A stretch of 64,000 bases of DNA from Callorhinchus milii (Eukaryota): NCBI RefSeq assembly GCF_018977255.1, contig NW_024704742.1, positions 46,254,001-46,318,000 of the forward strand. The letters are read 5' to 3'. The first letter of the stretch is position 1. Every line of letters starts with the position of its first letter. Both the position numbers and the translations under genes were made by a program. Below are positions 39,901 through 51,185 of this stretch, in pieces. The notes beneath the pieces are model-generated. The model searched no databases and had not been told where the DNA came from. It was given only the letters and a program-made list of their open reading frames with translations.

Positions 39901-41810
39901 TAGAGCCTGGACTTTTAGAATGTCTTACCTGTTATTTGATGGCAAATGGGCTCCATAGTAGATAACCTCCATAACACAACCTCCACTATTAACAACTAGT
40001 CCTCTCTCCTCAGATCTTTATTGCAGGCTTAAAATAACAGAATGAGTATTGAATGACAACCAATTCAGATCTTCACTAACCTAAGCCTCAAGACTTCCTT
40101 CCAACCTCCATTTTATTCTGGACTTCATAGACTAGCATATCATTTACATAATCTGCAGCAATGGGTTTCTAGTTCTTAGTCATTTGTGCACACATTAAGG
40201 TTAAGATATTGCTGGGACTACTTGTCATTAGTCACAAGGACGGATATGTTCCGGAGCTATTAATTGTTCATCTCGATTGTCAGAACTGGAGGCTAGAATT
40301 AACCAATATATTCTACAACACAAAATAATAAGTAAGCAGTTCTTGCCAGAACAGTTATTAATATCTTTTTTGCAAATGCAATAAGCAAATTCCCATAACA
40401 CAGAGATTGATACAGAACTAATAAAGAAAGTAATCGAATAAATCTTAATCACAAGCAAGAGAATCTGGCTAATAACTGCAGTGGATGTTAAAATACCAAG
40501 ATGAAAGCTGCTTACAGGAATACGGGAGGTCCTTTGTACATTTTGTGAATGACACTTATGCTGAATAAATATTTTCTTCCTCTCAGACCAACAACTGGAA
40601 AGCAGATATTCATGTTAATTTAACATTTCACAGTAACGTTTAAAAGAAAATGTGAATGCTTAAGATTGTGAAGAACTGAAGTGCAGCATTGTTGCCAATT
40701 ATTGAGGAGGTGTTGACCAACTGGCAGCAGCATCAAAATAACTAAACTGTAAGTGGCTTCAATTAACACTTCATTTGTAATGACTGCCTAATGGGAGGAT
40801 TCTCATACTCTTGTAATTATCAGTGCAAGCAAAGTGCCAGGAGCTGACCTGCTTTTTGTTTCAAATGTGGTAATTAGTCCATTGGCCCAAGGGGTATGGA
40901 GATGGCATCATTCAGAGAGGGACAAGTAAAATAAGCCTCATATCCCCTTGGTGTCCTTGGATGAGCAATCCTTTGGTTATAGATACTACAGTACGGAAGG
41001 CTTTTTTCATACTAACTTGCTTCATTCACAGTGCACATTATTAGTTTAGGCTTTTACATGCTACGTGTTGAAATACTTGCATTGTGAAAAATAATATGGC
41101 TTATTTTGTAACATGTTCAAATTAGTATAATTTGTCCTCGAAAATTAATCAGATGGATTTTTAATTGAGCCAAGCCCTCAGCTTCACCATCTTCATTCAG
41201 ACATTAGCAAATTACCAGGCACATTATAAGGTACCCTCACTGTTTTTGTTTATGCAAGAAAGGACACATTAACTCACTCAGAATTCCACAGCAACTGTGA
41301 ATAGCAAAGATTTGAAACCAATAGTAACTTGAAAAACAGGTTAACTGCCAGTAAAGCACAACAATGACAAGTATTGACAAAAAGTATCAAATAAGTCAAC
41401 TATTTCATATCTTCAATAGTTAAGTGCATTTGCAGAATCTAATGATAAAACAGAACAAAGACATTCAATTTGAGTTATGTGTCTAAATATGTTTTAATTG
41501 GTAGCCTTAGTTAGTTAACTCTATGCCTAATTAAATGTGAATGCCAATGTCCCTTCAGGAGGTGTCCAAAAAATCTCAATCGGGGCATTTGGAGAGAAAA
41601 GGTGTGGAACCATTTTGTCTTTACATCTCTCAAGCATTTCTTCTAACAAGTTAATCATACTGTAACATGACACAGGTAAATAATCAGTCTATGGGATAGA
41701 TTACAGTTTAATACAAGAAAATATATATTTGTGTACCATGATCTATTTCAGAAAATAAAATGCAAATAATATTGTTCCATGAGATCACTACCCACCACTG
41801 CAGATGTATC

Positions 41811-42190
41811 AACAACAACAACTTGCATTTATACAGCACCCTCATGCAGGATAGCGTCCCAGGGCACTTGACAGTGGTCGAGCACGACTCCGAGCTGGGC
41901 AGAGGTGACCGTAGGCACATTCAAATACGAGAAGGAAAGGGCAAGGCTGAGAGATAGAGGAAAAGTGTTCCAGAGTTTCGGGGCTAGTAGCTGAAAGCAC
42001 AGTGGTGGAACAGAAGGCATGAGGAACATGCAGAAGGCTAGATCCAATCGAGCAGAGGCAGCGGGTTGTGGGTTGAGGGTAAGGATGTCGTAGAGGTAGG
42101 AAGGTTCCAAACTTTTTGTTAATGGATTTCAAAACGAGTGTGAGGATCTTGAAATCAATCTGTTCAGTGTTGGGGAGCCATGCAGCCTGG
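41811..42190 (-). mobile_element. older L2 3' fragment (tail type of 31053)
   Basis: WLPNTEQIDFKILTLVLKSI; tail GGGACGCTATCCTGCATG and (TTG)n. Confidence 0.88.
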
Positions 42191-42437
42191 CTAGAACTGA
42201 TATGATGTATCACTCCCTAATCTAGTTTTACTGTATTAATAGCTATAATAATAAATACAATAAATTCCTGATAACGCAACCCTTGCCTAACTTGTCACTG
42301 CCACTTAAGGTATCATACTGTCAACGTCCCAGCTACATTTATTTATGTATTTATACATATGTCTAATTCACCCCTCCTGATAACTCATCACTGAGCCCTT
42401 TCCCCTTGGAGTGATGAGTTATCAGGAGTTTACTATA

Positions 42438-42985
42438 TTAATAATCCTTGCACTTGATATAATTCAAAGCACTTGATAGGATTTTTATTGTAAAGTGTAG
42501 TAAATTTGTGTAGAGTGGTGAAAATTGCGTAGTGTCTATTTTGTAGCTCAATGTAGCAGCCAATTGGCATACAGCAACATCTCACAAACATTCATGAGTG
42601 AATGACCAATTTTATTTTGGGGAATTTTGGGCCAGAATACCAGGAGAAACTCCCTTCTCTTTTCAAATAGTATGAATCTTTAATGTCCATTTCAACAGGC
42701 AGAGGGGACCTCAGTTTAATGTCTCTTCAACCGTGCCTTCAGCTCCCCTCTTGACTCTCTACCCCCTCCTCGCTCCCTCCTTTCACCCTGACCATTTCCC
42801 CCTTGCTCGGGTCCCGATCCAACTGCCCAGCGCCTTGGGACGTCCTCCCGACGTGAAAGGCACTCTATAAATGCAATCTTGTTGTTGTTGTTGTCATGCA
42901 AAGTACAGCACCTCCAATAATGCAGTGCCCCCCAGCACTGTATTGTAGTGACAGGCTCGACTGTGAATTCAAAATTCTGCATTTG
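42438..42985 (-). mobile_element. Deu-domain SINE interrupted by an L2 3' end
   Basis: SINE runs to CAGTTTAATGTCTC (about 42725) and resumes at ...ACAGCACCTCCAATAATGCAG (about 42900). Confidence 0.82.
42724..42894 (+). mobile_element. young L2 3'-end fragment nested in a Deu SINE
   Basis: Matches 13262-13482; perfect GGGACGTCCTCCCGACGTGAAAGG and (TTG)n. Confidence 0.93.
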
Positions 42986-44215
42986 AAAGTAGAAATGATC
43001 AGACTACTAGTTTAAAAAGGTTGTTCATGTTGATAAGGGAGAAAGTTGCTGTAAAAAATTAGACCCAGTCTGCATAATTAAATAATTTACCTCTTATATA
43101 TATCTACGGAAGTGTGAATATTTCAATCATTCCTGATCACATGTTTGGCATAATTCCAAATAGTAGCTTTGTCTTTAAAGTATTTACTTATCTTCATTTG
43201 TACCTTGAGATTATATTCTATGCTTGAGTTCAGGTCACTTGAATACTAAGTGAAGGGCACAAATACCATATGTTCTAGTATCTGGAGCAGGTCTATCTAA
43301 TTAGGTAGTCCCAGCTTTGAAAACCAAGGTTGTCAAATACAGGAAGACATTTGTTTTTGGATCTATTCTGAAAGTCTGGTGTAAGCCATTTTAATGCTAT
43401 CCTCATTAGAATATCATTAATTTCACAAATTTCTTATTAAAACACTTCATTATTCAAAGAGTCTGGGCCATTGCTTGTGAATATTCGTGCGTACTGCTTT
43501 GTAATCTACCCAATTCGGAATAAATTATTATAAGAGAGTTGAAATGTCACCATTTAACCCATTGCAAATTAGTTCCTACGAAGGTCTATGGAGGGAAAGA
43601 TAAAGGAAGTTTACTGTTGGCATTTTTACCGTCTTTTTAATGCCAAATGGAATATTACTGTTTGGGAAGTCAGGCTATCTTGAGCGAAACTAATGCAATT
43701 TCACCTATTCTGATATCATCCTTAACCAAGCAGTAACTGATTCATACCACCACACTAAAACTCCAGTTGAGGCAATGGTAATGGAGTGGATTCAATTAGC
43801 TTAAGTAAATGCTGCATATTCCTAACTTTTCAAAGGCATGTTAAAACCAACAATATAAATCACATCTGGACCAGGTTTAATGAGTGCCAAAAAACCTAAG
43901 GCAATAAATGTTTCATTATTTTGCAGGGTTTTCTGGCTTGCTCACTGCTTGCGCTGATGTAGACTCTGATCACATGGTATTTGTATATGTACACATTAAT
44001 CTATTAATGGAGTTGTTCTCCCATCATTGGTAACTTTACTGACCTTGAAGGGCCAGCACATGTTATTCTCAGCTGCTCAGTAAATTTTACCGACTCCTCT
44101 GGTGTGAGCTAAAATTCCAACAGACTGGCATTAAATTAGAACAATCTGTGGCGATAAAATTCCTCACTGTTATTAGACAACGCAAGGGGGTAGTCATTCT
44201 CTGCAAGTAAGTATA

Positions 44216-44580
44216 TGCTGGACTCAGTTGACAGCACTCTTAGCTCTGGCTCAAATTAATGTGAGTTCTAGCCCATGTTGAGACTTGAACTCATTATCTA
44301 ATGCAATACCGGGGGGGGGAGTGCTGTATTCTTATGGATATCTTTTGGTTGAGATGTTAAATTGAAGTCTTCTTTACCTGTTCAGGTGGACATTAAAGTA
44401 TCCCATGACACAATTTGAAAAATAAATTGTGTCTTGGCCAACATTCACTGTCTGTAGGAATTTGCTGGCACAAGTGGTGATTTTTTAATGCAGTCAACAC
44501 ATTTGGCAGTAAATTCCTGTGAAGCATTTTGAGAAGACAGTACAATGTGATAATGCACTCTAAAAATGCAAGTTCTTCAT
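44216..44580 (+). mobile_element. Deu-domain SINE, near full length, degraded
   Basis: Head CTGGACTCAGTTG...GAGTTCTAGCCC; CCTGTTCAGGTGGACATTAAAG; tail. Confidence 0.78.
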
Positions 44581-45069
44581 TTTAATGTTGTTAGTACATT
44601 TCTGGCAATGATGTCTTTTGCTACGATTTTCTGATTATAAGTTCAAACGGCAAATTTACCAACAAGTGGAGAAAGGCTAAATGAAATTTATTCTCAAGCA
44701 AAGAATTATCTCCAAGATAGCCTGATGTTCATATTGGACTTTAGGAGTGAAAACGTAGTGAGTAATGAAAATGTTAAATCATATTAAAAAAGGGTATCAG
44801 CCTATGTGTGTGCATTTAAAATGGATTTGGATAAATATTTGTAGAGTGAAAATATAAAATGATGCAAGGAAAGTGCATGGAATTGGACTTAATTGAGTTA
44901 GTTTCAGTGGATGAAGTAGATCTATTTTAAACACAATGGATGAACGATTTCCTTTGCTGTAATTTCTATGCTGTAATTTCTATCTTGTAATCCCTCTGAT
45001 TCCATGTATCATATATATGATCAATAAATATGATCAAAAGTGACAATAGGCACTGCAAATATGATTCAG

Positions 45070-45560
45070 GGATATAGGAAGACAGGAACAGGTAGAGGTC
45101 ATTTAGCTCACTGAGTCTGTTCCACTAGTTTATTCAATTTTACCAGATATTTTAATCTCTAACTATTTAATTACTTTTCACTATACTCCTTATTAGCTCT
45201 CCTACAGCTTTCTGGGACAGAGCATCCCACATCTTCACAACCCCCTGTGTGAATACATGTTTCCTGGCCTAATGTTTAACTGTCTTACTTCTGATTTTAA
45301 TGCTTTTAAATTTTAATTTTAATCCTTATAACGCATCCCTCACCAGAGGCAAGAGTTATTCACTATCTAACCTGTCAGTTTCTTTCATTACTTTAAATCT
45401 CTATCAAATCATCTGTTAACTTCCTCTGCTCTAAGGAATATAATTTAAAAATACTTGCAATATAACTACAGTTTACCAAACGTCTCATCATAGCTAAGCC
45501 CCTTCAGTCCAAGTATTAATTTAATGAATTCCAAGGCTTATATTTATTTCCGAAGATTGG
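45070..45560 (-). mobile_element. CR1-clade LINE 3' fragment
   Basis: Minus strand reads RKHVFTQGVVKMWDALSQKAV, resembling CR1 R..FFTQRVV..WN.LP..V; CR1-type 3' UTR. Confidence 0.8.
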
Positions 45561-46884
45561 GTGCTTTCCTTTGAGCTGAATAAAGCTGTAAAGGGATTCA
45601 TTCTTGATCAGTAAGTGATCAGTATTTTTATCTGCATTGCGGAGCATTGTTCCTTTACATCATGATTTTACAAGAATGAATTTACACCGTACATCTCATT
45701 TGCATTCAGCGAATTTTTGGTTGCACATTTGTAACACATTTACATTAGTTTTAAGCGGAAAGAACAGAGATTCACAAACACAGGTGTCCTGCTGCTTTCA
45801 TTTTCAATGTGTTCTATTGGCAAATGGCACAAAGAGAAAAAACAATTAAACCCACAGGCATGTCATCCAGCAGCAAACTTCCTCTGAAACACTGTAGACA
45901 TACCCAGGAAAGTAGAGCTATTCACTGGCTATACTGCCTTCTTCCCATCACATATTTCAAACAGTGTTGGTTTACAGCACCTGAAATAATATCCTATAGA
46001 TGCCCTATTATTCATTTACATTGTCACTGTGAAGTATAGGTCAAGTCCATTTGACTGTTTTGATTTATTTCTGGAAAAAAATAACTAAACATGGTTTTGT
46101 TTAGCATCTACATAATTTACTGACAACATTAATTACTCCTGAATCTTCATGTAACTTAATTGTTTTAGATTGTAGCTAAGTGTTCTGTTGCTGAGATTTC
46201 TATGCTGTATCCAATGTAAATTTATGTTGAGGCAGCCTGATCTTGCTGGAATCCTGCTTCTAAAACTAATTGGAAGTGGCTTCAACTTGGTGTTCAATTT
46301 GCCCTGCAGCCGGGTAAACATGGGGGTGTGGAGCAACTCTAGCTCATCTCCCCAGGGCTTCATTGAATATTTTTTGCTGGTCTAATCATGGACAAAAATT
46401 TTCAAGGGGCTATTTTGTTATGTTATCAAATATGTTCTCACTCCTGTGGTGTAAAATTCTTCTCACTGAGTGCAATAACTTTGACCTTATGTACTCATTA
46501 TACTACTTTACTATCTTATAATGAATACATAAAGCCTTCACAATAAACAGCAAAATCAATGTCTCACTCTTGGATCTGAATTTCTGCTGCCCTTAGGCAT
46601 AACCCTATTCCACTTTAAATATTGAGATCGAATTTAAAACTGTTTTCCAAAATTGTGCATGATCTTAAATTTTAAGACAATAATCTTAAAGTTAAGAACA
46701 TGAGAAATGTTGGGACTCAGGATTTAATAACATCAAAGACTGACTCCCATTATTCGAGTATTGCTAGTTATTAATGCACAGGACTCAGATATTTTTAAGC
46801 AGATGATCTGGAGCAGGAGGGATGAAGGAGAACGCCTGGACACTCTACATTGCTCCGCCGATAGATTCAAAAGTAATAATACTA

Positions 46885-47285
46885 AAATAATAATCCTTGC
46901 ATTTGATATAATGCTTTATCATGTTGCCGAGACAAGCCAAAATGCTTCACAATATTTTGCTGTGAAGTGTGTAATGATTGTGTATTTTATAGCAGCCAAT
47001 TTGCACACAATGTTGTTGATCAAGCAGTCATGAAGTGAATGACACATGACCAGGACACCGAAAAAACTCATCTTTTGGATTGTGCAAAGGGATCTATAAT
47101 GTCTACCTAAACAAACTGATGGGGGCTCAGATTAGCAGCTCGTCTGATGGAGGGCATCTCCAGTATTCCCCCAGCACTGTATTGGAGTATCAGCCTAGAC
47201 TGTGAGCTCAGTCCCTATATGGGGCTGAATCCACAAACTTCTGATTTACAGTCTAGCGGACTACTAACTGAGCCAGGCTGACATC
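46885..47285 (-). mobile_element. Deu-domain SINE, near full length
   Basis: Tail AATAATCCTTGCATTTGAT at left; head AACTGAGCCAGGCTGAC at right. Confidence 0.8.
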
Positions 47286-47674
47286 TAAGTAGTATAAATG
47301 TGGCATAACATTTCTGCCTATTCAGTTTATGATTAAATATCCCCATATATGGAAAGTTTCAGAGAAGCAGCTGATTATTATAGATTTTCAGTTTAATTAG
47401 ATTCTGTCATCAATTAAGTGCCTTAATTGCTATGTTCAATAATGTTTCAGAAATTGCTACCAACACTGTACCACAAGAAGAAAATTGCAACTTCTGCCTT
47501 TATTGATTAACATTCAGGGCTGTGAAAACTAACTATTCTCCCTATCATTCATCAGGGATAATTTTGACTAACGGGGATAATATTCACCCATGTTCAACTT
47601 GTACTATTTCACATTTACAGACATTTCAGCTTCCTATCCTCCCTCTCTACCTTTTACCACATCATTATAGTTAC

Positions 47675-48050
47675 AATAATAATTCTTGTATTGGTATAGT
47701 GCTTTACATGTTAGGATGACAACTCAAAGTGCTTCACAGGATGTACTGTAAAGTGTAGTGAATGTTTTATAGGCAATTGCGGCAGCCAAATTGACCACAA
47801 CAATGTTCCACAAACAGCCATGAAGTAAATGAACAATTTTTTGGATCTGTTGGCCAGAATTACCAGGCGAAACTGAACATGCAGGTTTAATATCTCATCT
47901 GAAGGACCTCACGATCAACAATGCCCCACACCCGCTGCACTATAATGCAGTATCATTCTAGACTCTGAATTCAAAGTCCTGGCTTTTGTGGGGGCTGAAT
48001 CCACAAACTTCTGTCTCAGAGATGAGAGTGCCCCCCACTGAACCAAGCTG
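47675..48050 (-). mobile_element. Deu-domain SINE, near full length
   Basis: Same organisation as 46885-47285. Confidence 0.8.
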
Positions 48051-48770
48051 GTAATTAGAATTGGGTTTCTCATTATGTTCAATTGCATCAGTCAGGCAAC
48101 TCAATTCCAATTGTGAGAGCAATAAACTTGAGGCTGGAAAATCAATTTAGTCTTAATCGGGAAGTCCATTTTGTCTTAAAATTTTGGATAATGTAGAATC
48201 GTGGGAATTTCTCAAATTCAATTTTAATTCAAAAGCTGGTTTTCCATAGTCCTTAAAAAAATCCTTTCAAATTTACCCTGAATTCTGAACTCAGTTCTGC
48301 ACAGCATAGCATTTTAACAAAAGTAATTTTACAGGCAGTCTCAGGGGGAGTTTCATGCCTTTTTTGTTGATTCTTACAGCATTAAGTCATTCAGAGCACA
48401 GATTTGATTACTGGTCTATGGTAGTTTTAGCTGAAACAGTAATACGGGTTCAATGTCCTTTGGCAGTAAAGGGAAAACCACACTGGGTTTCCACACATAT
48501 ATCTTACTGTAATGTGTGTGCAGATCTGTTGAGGACAAGATGAAGCTTCCCTGTGATAACCTCAAAAACTGAATACCGTTTTGATGCTCATTATTACGTT
48601 CAAAATAAAAAGAACAGCCACTTGGGTAAGTTATTAAAGGGTGGCTGAACAGCTCCTGTGGAACTACAGAGCCTACAGGCCAGAAGAAAAATAAAAAGTA
48701 ATGTCAGATTATGTAAACAAGAAAATGTAAATAAAAGAGAAACATATCTGAGTATCTTTTTATACTGCAT

Positions 48771-48881
48771 TTTGCCCACAAAATATACAGTCAATTCACC
48801 TTACAGTATATTTTGTGAAGCGCTTTGAGACGTCTCAACGACATAATAAGGCACTATATGAAATGCAAGGATCATTATTAT
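48771..48881 (+). mobile_element. SINE 3' fragment, older tail variant
   Basis: ATATACAGTCAATTCAC...GAGACGTCTCAACGACATAATAAGG. Confidence 0.88.
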
Positions 48882-48951
48882 CTTAACTTAATATTTGACT
48901 AGATATCAAAATACAGCTAATAGAAGTATAAACCACTGTTTTTTAGATTTT

Positions 48952-49164
48952 ATAATAATAATAATCCTTGCATTTGATATAGCGCTTTTCACGTCGGGAG
49001 GACGTCCCAAAGCGCTTCACAGAATATACTGTAAAGTAAATTGACTGTATATTTGTGGGCAAACACGGCAGCCAATTGCGCACAGCAATGTCCCACAAAC
49101 AGTCGTAGATTGAAAATGACCAATTTATTATTGTTTTGGGTTTTGGAGGGATTATTATTAGGCG
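48952..49164 (-). mobile_element. young SINE, 5'-truncated (no tRNA head)
   Basis: Near-identical to 6291-6510. Confidence 0.94.
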
Positions 49165-49671
49165 ATTATTATTAGGATGTAATGGAGACTCGGGAAGGTA
49201 AGCAGGCCACAATCTCGATAATAATATTCAGTGTTAATGGCTCGTGGCTACTGGCAGGAAACTGCAAAATGTCTTTGTGCCAGGAAGTCCAGGAGGTCCC
49301 AAACTGTTTCAAAACCCTCAAGCAACTTGGTATTTTTAAGAGTCATTAAGCTTCATCCATCTCACAGAATAATTGCTGAAATCCAGTTAGTGGGTCTAAA
49401 TCTTTGGCTTGGATGGAATAATTAGTCATCATAAAAAACTACTGACTGTGTATATCAGGGAATTCTAAAATTCCCAGCTCCTCATTTATTCACTAATCAA
49501 TAATGAGCAAGCTACTGCAAGCTAAATAATTTGGCTGGGCTTTTATTTATTGAGGGAAGTAGATAAACTGCTTGTGACATTATCTATTTAAGTCATACAA
49601 TAAGGACTGAAAGTGAAAGTTATAATAAAGTTAAGTTTTTTTTAATTTTCATTTTTAAGTCAACTGCTTGA

Positions 49672-50125
49672 AACAACAAATTTACATTTCAAAGTGAGGA
49701 CATCTCAAAGTAACTCCCATTGTTACCTGGGAGCCTGAGCTGGGGGCGGGTGGGCTGTGGGTGGGGGGAGCACTGAGGAAAGACTGGCTTTAATGATGGG
49801 GAATGAGGGGGGAAGAAGAGAGTCTCTGGGATGGAGTTCCGTAGAGTGGAGCCAGAGTGGATGAAAGATTGCCCACTGATGGTGGAGAAGGTTGGGCAGA
49901 GGACAAGAAGCAGAGCTGAGGGAGCAGTTAGCATTGCAGGAGGTCACTGAGATAGGGTGGGGCAAGACCATAGAGGGATTTAAATGCGAGGAAACAAATA
50001 TTGAATTTGATTTGCTGGAGGATGGGAGCCAGTAGAGCAGTGAAGTCAAGCGAGGATGGGGGTCACAGAGCCAGGTGCAGGAAGGAAACAAGCTGCAGAG
50101 TTCTGGGTGTCCTGCTGCTTGTGAA
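49672..50125 (-). mobile_element. degraded L2 3' fragment
   Basis: Broken frames QNSA, LYWLP and TISGQSF..SG.TLRNSIP. Confidence 0.8.
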
Positions 50126-50939
50126 AGATTTGAAAAATTGAAAGCACAGAGGAGGCAAAAAAAATTGCTATTCCCAAAATAATTTGCAAAGGCTTTGTAA
50201 ATATTCAATCGTGCCAGTAAACAAATGTGGGTCGCACCAACCCACGGGAACTCCACTACTGGAAAGTGAGCAAATCGGAGTTGAGTTCCCACTGGTCAGT
50301 GTGACACACAGAGAATTCTATATCAGTGAATCCATTGAGAATCTTCTCTGAAGAGCACATTTCAACCCCAGTATCATTTAGTTATTGTGAAATTTTGAGT
50401 GGGTTAATTAATTGAGGTACAATTCATCCTTATTATAGAACAGCTGTATATTAGTTTATATTATTTCTAGCTGATTCAGAGTAAACCTCCGATTTAAAGT
50501 TTATGTCACTTGGATGGAAAGCTCCCAGCTGTGGATGATGCAAATTATTCAACACAATGGGGGCTTGCGGAGATCAGACAGATCTCTTACACACATGGAA
50601 ACCCATTCCCATGCTAAGGAGTACCTTTATTTGTGAGTATTCTATTTTATTACTGATTTGATATGAAGCAGAGATGTAAGTGCATAGGGCATAGACGACT
50701 CTTTTCAGTTTATTCAGTCAATGCTCTTGCATATCACAGTGAACAAAGAGCTGGATATATTATCCGGTTAGGATATGAATGGAGACAGATATGGGTATGG
50801 CAGAGGTATGGAATAAGGATATGGGAGGGAGTAAGGAATGGATGGAGACTCAAGTGGAGTAATAAATGCCCACATAGACTGGCTGAGCTGAGTAGTCTGT
50901 TTTTCTGTTGTATATTCTTTGTGAATCTTTGTAAAATGT

Positions 50940-51185
50940 TCAGGGATGAAAGATCCCATGGCGCCATGTGAAAGGAAAGTTTCTCCCAAAGTCCTGACCA
51001 AAAATCTCCCAGATAAAATTGATCATTCACTTCATGGCTGTTTTGTGGGCCATTGTTCTGTGCAAATTGCTATTGCATTTGGCTACAAGTACACAGAAAC
51101 TTCCCCTTTACAGTAAATCCTGCATAGGCTTTGAGACATGTTGATAATGTGACAAGGTGCTGTATCGACTGCAAGGATTATTATT
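50940..51185 (+). mobile_element. Deu-domain SINE 3' half
   Basis: AAAGATCCCATGGCGC...CATGGCTGTTTTGTGGG...TGCAAGGATTATTA. Confidence 0.78.
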
